Shown: piece after piece, positions 39,370 through 53,612 of the stretch | How the letters are laid out: every line of letters starts with the position of its first letter | Position numbering within the stretch: position 1 is the stretch's first letter | Assembly (NCBI GenBank): GCA_951406725.2 | Contig: OX597814.1 | Coordinates: 84,506,001-84,570,000, forward strand | Source of the DNA: Octopus vulgaris | Lineage: Eukaryota | Direction of reading: 5' to 3' | Length of the DNA stretch: 64,000 nucleotides | Position numbers and translations under genes: made by a program | The notes under the pieces: model-generated | Seen by the model: only the letters and a program-made list of their open reading frames with translations | What the model was told of the DNA's origin: nothing | Databases searched by the model: none

Positions 39370-40450
39370 TCAATCTCAGACCACTTATCTGGACTTTCTT
39401 GGTTCTACAAGAGCTTATTCACAAAATCCAGTGTTATTTCATCCAGTTTGCACCTCTTGATAACTACAGGGGGAATTTCATCAGGGTCAGCAGCTTGTCT
39501 CTTTCAGTCTATTCTTGGTACTCTGAATTCTTTCAAATACTAGCTGGGATGCTACAAGGAGATACACTTGTACCTTACCTGTTTGCAATTGTATTGGATT
39601 ATGCAATGCATAATCCCATAGACAACAGTGATGAAGACCTTGGTTTCATCAGAGACTGGCAAAATTAATGGAGAGTACCACAAACCTGGACTTCACAGAT
39701 GATACAGCACTTATATCTAATAGATCATATCTAACAGATCAAGCTCAACAACTGTTCAGCAGAGTAGAAACATCAGCTGCTAAGATAGGACTGCACAGAA
39801 ATGTCAAGAAAATGGAATACATGTCTTTCAAACAACCAAGTGATACTGAACTGTTTGCTCTGAATGGTTCCAAATTGAATGTTGCTGAATACTTCAAGTA
39901 CTTAGGTAGTTGGGCAAGCAATTTCGAAGCAGACATCAAGATCAGGAAGGCACAAACATGGATAGCCTATCACAAACTAAAGAAAATCTGGAACACCAAA
40001 TTGCTCCAGCAAATCAAAATCAAGCTGTTCATTGCAACTGTTGAATCAGTATTATTATATGGTGGTAAAACATGGATACTAACAAAGAAATTATCAAACA
40101 TGCTAAATAGATGCTACACAAGGATGCTGCAAATGGCTCTAAATGTGAAATGGCAGCAACATATGACAAATGAATGTTTTTAAGGAGACCTGTCAAAGTT
40201 AGCAAAAAGATCAAGCAAAGATGACTGCAGCTATCTGATCACTGTGTGCTCCACCCCGAAATGCAAGCATTCAAATTAGTCTTGTGGAACCCACTTCATT
40301 GTGATGTAAGCAGAGAAAAATATTGTCACACTTACATTGTCAACTTGATTGTAAACACCAGCCTGGAATGTATCAAAGACCTTGAGGTAGTGATGATGAA
40401 CCGAAAAGTGTGGTGGGTAGACTTTGCTGGAACCCAGCCATCTAAAAGTC
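39370..40450 (+). mobile_element. Degraded RTE-like LINE reverse transcriptase (second family)
   Basis: GMLQGDTLVPYLF, LDFTDD, FKYLGSW, VESVLLYG. Confidence 0.85.
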
Positions 40451-40937
40451 TACTTTTCCAGTTTTCAGTAATGTGTGGTGGGTCACAATAAGTAATATTT
40501 ACTGCATTTTTGATTGAGAAAAAAAATATTTTTATAAATGTTCACTACTTAACAAAAACTATATCAGCTAAGCAAATGGCTTTCTCTAAATGCATTAAAA
40601 CACTATAACATATTCAGAACACTATTTCAGAAAATTATCTGCATTCCCTTCGAGCATGTAAAAGACAAATTTAGATGGTGCAAAATGAGTAAGCCAAAGT
40701 AAGGGAAATTTTCTTTTTCAATTCTCCAGAATTAAATTTAAAAAACTCATACACATCAATATCCATTCTTAGACACCAGAAAGATCAGATATTCAACAAA
40801 AATTTTAATATTTTGGTCAAATGAAAGGGAATCATGGAAAAATGGCATGATATGAAATTAATGAAACTTGGCTAAATCAAAAAACTCAACATAAAATATT
40901 CTCTATAGCTTCTTCATGATCTGTTGGAGTGGCTCTC

Positions 40938-41327
40938 AACAGAATTCTGGTTTAAGCACCCCATATAACACCTCATAACTTTTTTTAATTTTTTGAAATT
41001 TTCAAAACATTTTTGAAAATTTATGTTCTACACATGAGAATTCATACAACTATGAAAAAAAAAAAAGAGACCATTAAATGTGTTTAGTGGGAGAAAGATA
41101 TTGAAAGCAACACTACATCAGAGTGACAAAGAAACAAGGAGGGTATCAGGTGGTCATGAGATGTGTTAAAAATAACAGCTAAAAAGTCCTTATATCACAC
41201 ACAAAAATTTTGGTGGGGCTTTTTCATAGTCAGATGTGTGTAGAATTTTGCAAAAATTTTCTGAAAATTCCAAGGGATAAAAAAAATTATGAGGGCTTAT
41301 AAGGGGTGCTTAAAGCAGAATTCTATC
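40938..41327. mobile_element. MITE with 8-bp TSD TGGCTCTC (hAT-like)
   Basis: TIR AGAATTCTGGTTTAAGCACCCCATATAA / TTATAAGGGGTGCTTAAAGCAGAATTCT; the empty site is visible in the adjacent tandem copy. Confidence 0.75.
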
Positions 41328-41366
41328 TGGCTCTCTTCCTGATACATTTATGCACCATGCAGTTAA

Positions 41367-41586
41367 CCCATTCATTACTGCATTTATTTTGAGATGCTCT
41401 GTGTTTCTTTCAATTACTTTAAGTATAACAAAGAATTTAGTAAAATAACTTAATTATTATTCAGTTAGTGTTAGGAACATAAATTGTGACTAAGGTTTGG
41501 TGGAAGATTTTGATTCAAAACTTATGAAAACAAGACTTTTGTACTCAGAGCCAAAGCCAGTTTCAGCCAGGTTGGTAATAAAAGGG
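41367..41586. mobile_element. piggyBac-type MITE
   Basis: TTAA-CCC...GGG-TTAA; the empty TTAA site is visible in the adjacent tandem copy. Confidence 0.7.
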
Positions 41587-42966
41587 TTAAAGAGAAGAGA
41601 TTATTGAAATTAGTCATTACTCACTTTGTCCCAATTGAGATATAAATTTTTCGAAAACTGAGAATGATCAAATTGGACATTAATGTATGAAAAAATTGAT
41701 GTGCAATCCAACAGAGAAAAGAATTTTGATTGTTAAACACCAAGAATATCATGGAAAAATGGCACGACGTGAAATTAATGAAACTTAACTAAATCTAAAA
41801 ACTCAACATAAAATATTCCCTGTAGCTTCTTCATAATCTGCAGGAGTGGTTCTCTTTCTGATATATTTACACATCAGTTAAAGAAAATAAATAATTGATA
41901 TTATTCATTACTCATTTTGCCCCAGTTTAGACATCAGATTTTGAAAATTGAAAGTTATCAAATTATAGACATTATTATGGGAAAAAATTGACTAGAAATC
42001 CAACAGACAAAAGAATATTGATTATTAAACACCAAAAATCATCTAGATATTTTATTAGCAACCTCAATTATAATTGGGTCAAAGTTGAGGAAACTTTTCT
42101 TGAAAGAAGTACCTGTTACCTCTACTGTTTCAAACTGTCTCAACTGCAACAACAACTATGGTGGCCAATGTTTACTCCTAAAGGTGATGTAAAAGTACAA
42201 AATAGTGAGGCAATATTTGCAGTGTAATGATTCCAAACAGATATTGAAAAAATAAGAAGAAATTAAAATTTTACTCATTTTGCCCCCACTCCTCTATAGT
42301 TATTTCAAGTATTTGACAAAATGATGAAAAATATTTTTTTCTACTCTAAACACAAAGCCCGAAATTTTGTGAGGAGGGGGCCAGTCGATTAGATCGACCC
42401 CAGTATGTAACTGGTACTTAATTTAATCAACCCCAAAAGGATGAAAGGCAAAGTTGACCTCAGTGGAACTTGAACTCAGAACGTAAAGACAGACAAAATA
42501 CTGCTAAGCATTCCACCTGGTGTGCTAACATTTCTGCCAGCTCACCGCCTTAAAATGATGAAAAATATTGAAAAAAAAAAAAAAAAAAGAATGAAAATGA
42601 TTCAATTTAATGAAAAACATGTGAGCATAAAAGTAATAAGTCTAAAACTGAAAAAATACTTTGAACTGGTGGGAGATGTAATTTTATAACTAAAGCTAAA
42701 TTTAAAATTTAAATTTTGGAACATATTCATTATTCACTTGCTCTTTCATAAAATAAAACCAGTTTTCAATGCCTCACTGAAATAATGAAGTTTATAATGG
42801 CAATATATGTGTGTGCATATTCATGTTTGTGTGTGCATGTGTGCATCTTTAATTGCAAGTGGTCAATCCAAGGTCACTGCTCAGTCATGTGTTGAAAGGA
42901 ATTTGAACTAGAGACAATAAATAATTTCTTTCGGTCAATCTCCTTATCCTATCTTCAGATAAATTC

Positions 42967-43007
<41 letters not shown>

Positions 43008-44785
43008 TACACAAATACATTTTTATGAGTGTTTCATTGTTTTCATTTTGTCTGACATTGTCCTAAAAGCAGCTAAAATTAATTCCCAAGGGAATTGTAG
43101 CTGCTTTTTAATTGAATGAATTGATGGCACTGATGTGGTTAAAACTATGGTTATTTAGCGAAAATGAGGATCTATTACATTTTTCAAGATATATTTGTTT
43201 ATTGAAAGAGTGCATTTGCATGCAAGATTGCTGGGAAGTGGGGCCCTCCTGTATTGAATGCTACATATTCTCCATAGCAGGGAGGCCCGGGGCAATTGCC
43301 CCCTTCGACCTCCAATGAAATCCGGCCCTGGTCGACAGTCCACGTAAAGATTTCAGCTTCGTTGTCTTATGATTTCCATGGCAACAGACAGTTGACTTCT
43401 GGTATGTCTGCAATGGAGGCCTCCGATTGGCTAAAATTACACAATTTTAACTGCTTTTAACTTTCTGTCGGTAAAGTCTAGACAAAATATATGGGATCTT
43501 TTCGGTTTGAACGGCAGTTTTTAACATAATTTCTAGGTAACTAAAAAAATTTAACTTCGTATACTGGTAGAATGTGTTTATAAAACATCTTTTTCTCTTT
43601 GCTTTATTGAGAAAATTCTATAGTTTGTAAGATATTTGTTGTTTTTTTGCTTCAATTTCAGCAATTTCAACCAATTACTGACGTCCATTGAGGTAAACAA
43701 CATTCTTTTCGACCACTAGAATTTTCTGAAATAACCACAAGAATATTTTCAAACTGTTGTACTTTTGAATACTTATGACAAAAATCACATATTGGATCTT
43801 TTCGGTTTGAACGGCAGTTTTTTCTAGCGGTGTGATATGAAATTGTCACCCATAATTATGACCCTAGTATCGATCTATTGCATTTCAATCTATTTTAGGG
43901 CTAGGGTTAGGGGTGGGGTAAGGGTATATTTTTTTCTTCACAAATGTAAATAAACCCTATCTGTTTCTCAAACGAGGGACATATTCATATGGCACAGATG
44001 CATTAATTTATAAATCTTCATATTTATTCGATTATGTCTTCGATTTCGACCTATAGTTAAGTTTACTTAAAGTGTAACAATCAAATTTGTTTCCTTAAGT
44101 TAAAAAATGTCAGTTATGTCTTCGATTTCCTTCCATAAACTAAGAATTTTAAGAAAGTAACGCTCGATCACATGCTGCAACGAGCTGAATTATACTAATA
44201 ATTCTTCTACCGTAATATGTATTAATGAATGATTTGTTACATTGGATAACTATAGATTTCACGGTGAGGTACACAGTCAATAGAAACAACGGGCCAAAGT
44301 CGACTCCGAAAGAATTTAACAGAAAACTTAGATGTAGCTCTATACTTTGTTTTATATTTCAAAAGACACAAATAATTTGCAAGGAAATAGATATCGCTTA
44401 TAGAATCTAATCAAATATACCACTGTGAAACGAAAGGTAAACTCAACAACGTTGGGATTTTGGCATATATAGAAATATTTAGTAAAAATACCATCATAAT
44501 TGAGTAAATATTATCTATCAATCGATACACATAAGATAAAAAGGAACAGAAGGAATATACGAAACCGCTAAGTCCTCTATGCGATAGGCAATTAAAACAC
44601 ACTCATTTTGAGTTGACAATTACCAAAGAAAAATGTTGTCACAGTGTCCTAAAAACTTCGACGAGATGATGTTTGTTTAAAAAAACGTCTTAGAATACAA
44701 TGGCAAATATATTTAAAAACCAAAACAAAAAAATCTTTCTTGATTTAGTTTATAAAGTAATATTTGCATGGTGGGTACTGGGGAA

Positions 44786-44857
44786 GGTTCTATGGTGTAA
44801 TGGTTAGCACTCTGGACTCTGAATCCAGCGATCCGAGTTCAAATCTCGGTAGAACCT
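44786..44857 (+). tRNA. tRNA-Gln(CTG)
   Basis: GGTTCTATGGTGTAATGGTTAGCACTCTGGACTCTGAATCCAGCGATCCGAGTTCAAATCTCGGTAGAACCT forms a complete cloverleaf. T7 terminator at 44874-44880. Confidence 0.97.
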
Positions 44858-45534
44858 AATAATCGCTCCTTCATTTTTTTCCATATCTCATTTAAGATAT
44901 TTGGTTTTTATTATTTGTAATTGGTATTGTCAGAGACAATTAAGTTTTACTGTTTATTTCGATCTATCTTGATTTGATTGAATGCTTAGATTTCTTGAGA
45001 CACAATCCGGCTATTAAAGATCATTATTATTCCTCTTTCTTGTTGTCCACACTTAGGTTACAATATATATTCTTGTTCTGTGGTCAACCTGTAGCTTCCT
45101 TATTAATAAATTGATTATTAAAAAAGCAGTAAAACTATTGACTTAATTGCGTTTTTTGCACCATATTAAAAAAATTCTATATTTGTTGCCTGATATCATC
45201 ATGTATTGTAGATATTGCCGCGGGCCAACGAGGAGTTTCTCTGCCGTCTTTTGAAAAGCTAAAGATAGCAGCCAAATCTATCTATAATCAACAACCTACA
45301 ATCTTTAAAAGGAAGTACACATTGGATAATGTAGTCTCCTACCCAATTTAAAAGTACTATCAAATATCTTGATGTCTATATCATAATATCTGAAATATCT
45401 CATAATATCTCATTGCTTTAATAATCTTTCTTTACAAATGTATGAGATAGAAAAAGAAAATTAATAGAGCTGTGCTGTTTTAAACTTTCTTCAAAAGTAC
45501 CACCAAAAATAACGATAGGAAATTTTTTAAAAGT

Positions 45535-46650
45535 GGTTGCACCGGAAGAGTAAAGACAAGTTTTGAAACTTGTTTCTTTGTCAGAGACAGAAAAGATAAG
45601 AAGCGGGAGAAGACACCATACTGGTGGCTTAGTCTTGTAGCAAAAGGCTATACTTAATTTCAGTTAAAATATGTGGCTAACTATTTCATGAAACTCGGTG
45701 ACATTTGAAGTCAGAGCATACGGTAATGCAGTCGCTATCATCTTCATCGCTGTCTTACAGACATTTGGCAAAAGTTTCCACTGTCCTACCTCCGTAGTAA
45801 CCGGTTAACATTGCTAACTCCAGTGACTGAATTGAAGTTATTTTATATATGAATTAAAATAAGCATGTTATATGGCTTTATTGAAGAACAGCTGTCTATA
45901 ATATACCTCAAGAGTAATTTATCAACACCAATATAGGGGCTGTCTTAACAGCAGGGCCTTATAGAAGTTATTTATTGACATTATGTAACAACATATATAG
46001 ACCAGAATTCGAAACTCAGACCTGCAAGGCCCCATGGGCAACTGTCCGGTGTGCCCATGTCTTAATATGGCACTGACCAATATTGTATAATGCCCTTAAT
46101 TAAAAAGACACTATCGCCTCGCAACCTAATTGCTACTTCCATGTTATTTTTGTGGTATTGAGAAGCATACAAGAGTTGTTTCCCCTTAGAAAAGGACCAG
46201 CTAATATTTTCTGTTTGTGTATTCACGTGTCTAAGTATTCTAAAATTTATTTAATTAGTGGTTTGATATATCGCCAACATTATTTTAACTACGCAAATAC
46301 TCTGATGAGCGTCATGATCGTTTCATCTTTCATTCAGTAAGTTAAAACTAAGTAAAAAGAAATATACCTAACTTTTGACTTCGGACTTTGAATGTTGTTG
46401 ACATTTCATTCCGATATTCTGCAGGAACGGGCATTTTATTGGTAAGTTTATGAGATCGTATTTTCCCTCGACTACAGTGATATATATGGAATATAAAAGA
46501 TAATGCTCTTTCGAAAAGTAATTGGTTAGAAAATATTCTTAATTGTGTCTATTCTTAATTGTTAAAAAAACTCCCACAAGTGGTTTTCCTCTTATAATTA
46601 AATAATCCAAAAGTGGCGCGCTTTTCGTTGGGCTTCATGCACAGTATTGA
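45535..46650 (+). promoter_or_regulatory. RAD50: Putative RAD50 promoter and non-coding first-exon region
   Basis: CpG-retaining unique DNA with ACCGGAAG at 45541 and candidate GTAAGT donors near 46338 and 46442. The ATG exon has an acceptor at 48933, so an upstream exon is implied. Confidence 0.35.
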
Positions 46651-48951
46651 AGTTTATAGGAATTTTTTTTTCTGAGTGTCATTGATTAATTCATCATGAA
46701 CACTGTTAAATGTACTACAATGGCATATTTTACAGTTGCCAGCGATCTTTGGTCATCATACAATCAAAGTAGGAGACCCATTAATTAGTTTTAGCACTAC
46801 ATTAGATTTTCCTCGACTACAGTGATATGTACGAATATAAAAAGTAATACTTTTTGTAAAAATGGTTTTTAAATTAAATCAAGTCTTTAGTTGGACGAAA
46901 ATGTCAGCAATTCGTTGTTCCTTGTATTTGATTATTGATCACAGACTAATTGTTTAAATTAAATGACTAGAAAATTAACTGTGTACGTAACTAATTTGCT
47001 TTCAGTTTCATCCAGCACTCAACATGAGTTTTTTTTTTATTACATTAGAATTTCCTGATAACGAATGTAATGGCAACCATTTTTATTAATTAGCACTATA
47101 ACATCACCGAGAACAAGGTTTTGGGATTCACATGTACCACATTTCTTGTTATAGCAAATAGTTCCTCCTTGTAAAGTTCAGTTGGGTTACATGTAGGAAA
47201 AAAATCTTGTTGCAATACAGACATATTAAAAGTGGAAAGTTTTTTGTGAAGTCTGATTTTTCATTTCATTTTCGTTTGAATTCTATTTTGAATTGATTAG
47301 ATTATTTAAATAAATAAATTGATTATTTTTTGGAGGTGGGGGTTGTCAAAGTTCTTTCAAGTTTGTGATGTTATCGTGTATCCCTCATGCACTTCTCTTT
47401 GGACATGTCTCAGATTCCAATGGTGAATTTTGCTCATGTTCTATTATTTCCATTTGCATTGTATGTGTGTTTTTAAGATGGTGAGTTTTTACATGTGTGT
47501 ATGGTAGGTGATGAAGACTGGATTTCAATATACATCATCCCAGTTCGCTTTGGGTTATCTCTAACGCATGTACACCTTTCTGTCAGCAAAATTACTCGTG
47601 AATATGCTATAATCACTGCTATTTCTATATTTATGTGACCACATTTGTCATCTTGTTTCTATCATCTAATCCAAAATACATAGAGAAAAGTGCAAAACTT
47701 AGAACTGACCACTGCATACAGGAGTGATGATTGAGTGGAACATTTTTATAGAATATTTGATGGACTGTTTAGGTCTATCTATGACCATTGGGATGGATTG
47801 TCTGATGGTGAGTGATTACACTTAATGTCGAAGGGCTAGATGGTCTATTGGATTATTTCAGTAGTACCTGTATGTTTTGCATTTGTTGCCATATCCAACC
47901 ATCTTCCTTCACTGTGCTTGTGGAGAATTCCTTGCTTGTTTCCTCACAGTTATGGAATGCCCATTAGGCAACCATTGATGAGGCTCATAAAAATCTATAT
48001 GACAATTAGAATTTTGGAGACATGAGCATTCACCCATCTGGAAGGCTATTGGAAGTATCAGAAGTAATCAGACTATCAATAATCCTGATTATGGATTTTT
48101 ATGGTGAGCCATCAAGATAAGTCAAATGTGCTATAAAAAGTATGAGCAGCATATAAAGAATTTAAATCTGGATTATGTGATGAAAAGGTAGACTTTGGAG
48201 GGACTTCTGAGTGGTGTAAGACACAACATCAGGTGAAAATAAAATAAACCGTAACACTTGATATTGTTTGTTATATTTTTCGAAGATATAGTATGATGTA
48301 TTTTTTTTTAATTAAGCTAATTTTTCTGAATGAAGATATTGAGTTATTTACAAAATCATTAAACTTTTTGTGCATTGCCTTACTAATGACAGTGTTGAAG
48401 GAAGAAGCTGCTGAATGACAAATAGAGAGTGACTATGAAAGTGATGGCATGGCATATTATGCTGGTGATATTTTCATTTTATAATGCTGTAAACTGGCAG
48501 AATTGTTAGCTTACCAAACAAAATGCTTTACATTTCTTCCAACACTTCAAGTTCTGAGTTCATATTCTATTAATGTCAACTTTGCCTTTCATCCTTTTGG
48601 GGTTAATAAAATAAAGTACCAGTCAAGTACCAGGATCATTGTAATTGACTTGTCTCTTCCCTTCAAAATGCTAGCCTTAATGCAATGAACTGGCATCCCT
48701 TTCAGGAGAACACTGTGATCTTCATCATTTATATGTCATGGAAACTGGGAAACTGATCTTATGAGTCTTAGCACTCTTTAATGAGTGTGCAAGATTTACA
48801 ATTAAAATACTAATATGTTGTAGTAAGCATTATTATTAATTATAAGGATCAGAATCATTTTTAAACATATTTATATTTTACATTACTTTCTTTAATCTTT
48901 ATCGCTATTGTAATGTATCTGATTTATTTTCAGAACCAGCACTAAATAAAT

Positions 48952-49080
48952 ATGTCGACAATAAAAAAGATGAGTATCCAAGGGATACGTAGTTTTGGCC
49001 CTGAAGATAATGATAAACAAGTCATATCTTTCTTCTGCCCTTTGACTTTGATATTAGGACAGAATGGAACTGGTAAAACA
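48952..49080 (+). CDS. RAD50: RAD50 coding exon 1 (Walker A)
   Basis: [16 protein letters not shown]...[14 protein letters not shown]; donor ACA|GTGAGT; acceptor 18 nt upstream of the ATG. Confidence 0.97.
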
Positions 49081-49129
49081 GTGAGTATTTTTGGAATTGT
49101 CTATGTATTTCGTTTCTATAAAATCATGA

Positions 49130-49640
49130 TCATCATCCTTTAATGTCTGTTTTCCATGCTGGCATGGGTTGGACAGTTTGACTAGAGCTGGCCAACTAGA
49201 GAGCTGCTCTAGGTTCCAGTCTGATTTGACTTGGTTTCTATGGCAATGCCCTTCCTACTGCCAATCACTTTACAGTGTGTGTTGGATGCTTTTAATGTGG
49301 CACTGGCATGAGTGCTTTATACTTGGTACAAGCACATGACTCTTGCAGGCCAATCCTCTTCATCAGGGGATGTGGCCTTAACACTTCTGTTGTGGAGAAG
49401 AGGTCTTCTTGAGTACAACAAAGCAACAGGTATCTTGGTCCTTTGTCATTTCATTTGTAAAGTTAATTTTTCTGAGGTCCTTCTGTACTTTGTTCCATGT
49501 CTTCCTGGGTCTCTCTTTTCCATGATTTCCATTCACTTTCAGTGAACAGCACATCTTTATGGAGCTATTGGCATCCATCTGCTTCACATGACCAAACTAG
49601 CACAGTCTTCTCTCTTGCATACTACATCTAATTCCTCTTA
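49130..49640 (-). mobile_element. RTE LINE 3' fragment in a RAD50 intron
   Basis: (CAT)n tail and RPRKTW remnant; same family as 50800-52848. Confidence 0.75.
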
Positions 49641-49851
49641 TCTGAAATATTGAAGCCTAATTATTTAGTTGATGCTGTTTAAAAATGCATAATGTCGCTC
49701 TTTCTCTCATGCTTAAAAATTTAAAGTTTCTTGATTCTTTCATAAAATATAAAGTTTAGATTGATATCATTTTATTTATATAATATCAAACTTAATTTGG
49801 TAGGTTATTTATTATTTGAAAGTAACATCTAATTTATGTTTTATTTTACAG

Positions 49852-49938
49852 ACTATTATAGAATCTTTGAAATATATTACAACAGGTGACTTACCACCTG
49901 GATCTAAAACAAATGGTGCTTTTGTCCATGATCCAAAG
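49852..49938 (+). CDS. RAD50: RAD50 coding exon 2
   Basis: [29 protein letters not shown]; AG/GT boundaries, phase 0. Confidence 0.96.
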
Positions 49939-50799
49939 GTAAGTAAATGGTTAATACTTTACACATCAGGGATGAAACAAACCCTTTCCTACACTTTAAC
50001 CCTTTTGCATTCAGATTACTCTGTCAGATGTAGTACTTATTTATTCACATTTTTTAAAATTAATCATGCATCATCTTGCAGCCTCAAGGTTTTCATGGTG
50101 TGATTGTTATATTCAAAAAAAGGTGGCAAGCTGGCAGAATCATTAGCACAAAATGCTTTGGGGCATTTAATCTTGCTTTATGTTCTGAGTTCAAATCCCA
50201 TTAAAGCCTGATAAGCTAATGTTTTAAGATTTATACAACAGGTTAAAAATTCACTTCAGTTGTTTTGTGTTGTGTTTTAGCAGCTTAAAAAAGCTAATTT
50301 TTTCCATAATTTCAGCATCAAAATAAAGCAGGTAAGAAGGAAAATGATTGATTAGTCATAAGTTATTGAAGACCTGGTTAGTTGCAAGTAGTTTTTTATT
50401 GATAATTGTAAAAATGATGTAAATCAAAAAGGTAAAGTTCAATTCCTAGGAAGGAATGAACTGCTACAAATTTTTAGTGTTGAATTGGTGATTCACTGCC
50501 TTAACACTTCAACCATTTTATTCATCCCTTATAAGACATTGACTCAGTAACCATCTAGTTCTTATTTTCTTCTCATCCTTGATATAATATCTTCAGGTGT
50601 AGTTGTGTGATAAGAAATTGGTTTCCCAATCATATGGTCTTGGGTTCAGTCCCACTGTGTGATAGCTTGGAAAAGTGTCTTCAACTAAAGCCCCAGGTTG
50701 ACCAAAGCTTTGTGAGTGGATTTTGAATAAATCTATTACAAAATTCAAAAACGACTACATCTTTTGAGATTTAGGTGCATTTTCAAACCCCAAAACAAA

Positions 50800-52848
50800 T
50801 TCTATGTGATGAAAGTTGCAGAGAGGGTCATAGCCTAGCTAATTAGGGAGAGAGTTAGTTTAGATGAGATGCAGTTTGGGTTTGTGCCAAGGAGAAGCAC
50901 TACTGATGCTTTGTTTCTGGTAAGAAAGCTGCAGGAGAAATACATAGCCAAAGATAAACCTCTCTTTTTGGCTTTTGTTGACAGGGTCCCCCGATCCCCT
51001 ATCTGGTGGTCAATGTGGAAACTAAGGATAGACAAGTGGTTGGTGAGAGCTGTACGAGCCATGTACAAGGACACTGTCAGTAAGGTGATGGTTGGCAACA
51101 AGTATAGTGAAGAATTCGAGGTGCAAGTAGGGGTTGACCAAGGATCAGTCCTCAGCTCCTTCTTGTTCATCATAGTCCTCCAGGCGATAACAGAGGAATT
51201 TAAGACAGGCTGCTCCTGGGAACTCCTCTATGCTGATGACCTTGCTCTTATAGCCGAATCACTACCAATACTAGAGGAAAAGCTTCAAGAGTTGAAGCCA
51301 GGTCTAGAATTGAAGGGCCTTAGAGTTAACCTAACAAAAATCAAAGTCTTAGTAAGTAGAAAGGCAGGCAAATCACGAATCCCTTCAGGTAGATGGCCCT
51401 GCTCAATCTGTAGAAAAGATGTAGATAAAACTCCATAAGATGTACCCGGTGTAAGCTATAGACACATAAGAGGTGCAGTAATATCAGAGGAAGGTTAACG
51501 GAATATATTTTTGTGTGTGTTGGAAGGTGCACAGGTACAATAAACACCAAAAATGTACAGAAAATACATTCCATTACATGCCAGTGGGGAAAACTAAAAG
51601 TAGTTGATAGCGTCCGTTACCTAGGTGACCAAGTCAGTAGCAGAGGTGGATGCTCTGAGAGCACAGCTGCTAGAATAAGAATAGGCTAGGCAAAGTTCTG
51701 AGAGCTCCTACCTCTGCAGGTAACAAAGGGCCTCTCGCTCAGAGTGAAAGGCAGACTGTATGATAGCTAGGCATGCTACATGGCAGTGAAACATGGACTG
51801 TGACTGCTGAGGACATGTGTAGGCTTGTAAGAGATGAAGCTAGCATGCTCTGCTAGATGTGTAATGTCAGTGTGCATGCACAACAGAATGTAAGCGGCTT
51901 GAGTGAAAAGTTGGACCTAAGAAGCATCAGATGTGGTGTGCAAGAGAGATGACTGCGCTGGTATGGTCATGTGATGAGTATGGATGAGGACAGTTGTGCG
52001 AAGTGTCACACTCTACCGGTGGAGGGAACCTGTGGAAGAGGTAGACGCAGAAAGACATGGGATGAGGTGGTGAAGCATGATCTTCGAATGTTGGGCCTCA
52101 CAGAGGCAATGACAAGCGATTGAGACCTTTGGAGATATGCTATACTTGAGAAGACCCGGCAAGCCAAGTGAGATCGTAGCTGTGGTTGATGCCAGTGTTG
52201 CGTAACTGGCCCATTAAAAGCACCCTTCAGTTGTTGGGCGATATGCTGTGCTTGTAAAGACCTGTCAAATCAAGTGAATCATAGTCGTGGCTGATGCCAG
52301 TGCCATCTGACTGGCACCCATGCTGGTAGCACATAAAAAGCACTGTTAGTGCACTGGGCCTCATGGAGGCAGTGATGTCAAGCCAGATGAGACTAGTCAT
52401 GGCTGATGCCAGTGTTGCGTAACGGATCTGTTAAAAGCACCTTTTAATCATTGAGTGATATGCTGTGTTTGTGAAGACCCGTTAAACTGAGTGAAATCAT
52501 AGTTGTAGCTGATGCCAGAGCTGTCTGACTGGCATATAAAAAGCACCATTCAAGCTTTGGGCCTCATGGAGGCAGTAACAGGTGATCAAGACCCTTAGTG
52601 ATATACCATGTTTGTGTTGGCCTGTCAAGCCAAGTGAGATCATGTCATGGTCAATGTCAGTGTCAGGTCAGTGGCACGTAAAAAGCACCCACTACACTCT
52701 TGGAGAGGTTGGTGTTAGGAAGGGCATCCAGCTGTAGAAACATTGCCAAATCAGAGTGGAACCTGGTGCAGACCCCTGGCTTACCAGTTTCCAAGTCAAA
52801 CCATCCAACCCATACCTGCATGGAAAGCGGACATTAAATGATGATGAT
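50800..52848 (+). mobile_element. 5'-truncated RTE-clade LINE in a RAD50 intron
   Basis: QFGFVPRRSTTDA, GVDQGSVLS, LLYADDL; frameshifts; repeated 3'UTR; (GAT)n tail. Confidence 0.92.
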
Positions 52849-53612
52849 ATGTATGTATATATATTGCCTTTAGCAGTTGAAATATATCACAAACATATAT
52901 AATTTAACCTAAAGTTTGTTTATGCCTAAACATGGCTTAGCACTGATATTACTGTCATTGTCATGACCTTGACAGTCTATTGGCACAAATCTATCGATGT
53001 TGTTGACTGTATTTTAATTAAAGCCACGGCTTCATTAGATCTATCCAGAGTTGCTTCTTTTAGGTAGTTGCCATTGATAATGGCTAAAAAGCTTGAAACC
53101 TCAAAGTCTGAGAATCTGCCAGGTGGCAGCACTAGGCAGATATGGTGTTTTTACATCTTTTTCACCATAAAAGAGAATTTCTTTCTCCAATGTAACTGCA
53201 ATGATTTTGCCTTTAGCTGTTGAAACATGTCACAAACATATTTAAACAAACCGAAAGTTCACACCCACACATGTATTTGTGTGTACTAGTCTTCTTGCCT
53301 TGACGTCATGTAATAGTTGTAAATGAATGTTACCATCAGGCAAGCAGTGTCCTTCATTTCTAGTCTTCTGAGAAAACATATCTAATCATGGGGAAATATT
53401 ACCTTACTTGGAAACAAATGAAGGTTGGCTACAGGAACGACATCCAGCTGTAAAAAATCCACCTCAACAAATTCCATCCGACCCATATAAGCACGGAAAA
53501 GTTGATATTAAATGAAAGTGATGATACTTCTGAGGTATCACTCGAAACAAATAGCTTCTCAGATAACTATCAGTTATTTAATACTTGTTGTTTGACGTTT
53601 TTTTCCTTCCAG

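Noticed and set aside
43895-43920. Telomere-like TAGGGTTAGGG
   Set aside because: Only about two units embedded in an interspersed repeat; not an interstitial telomere.
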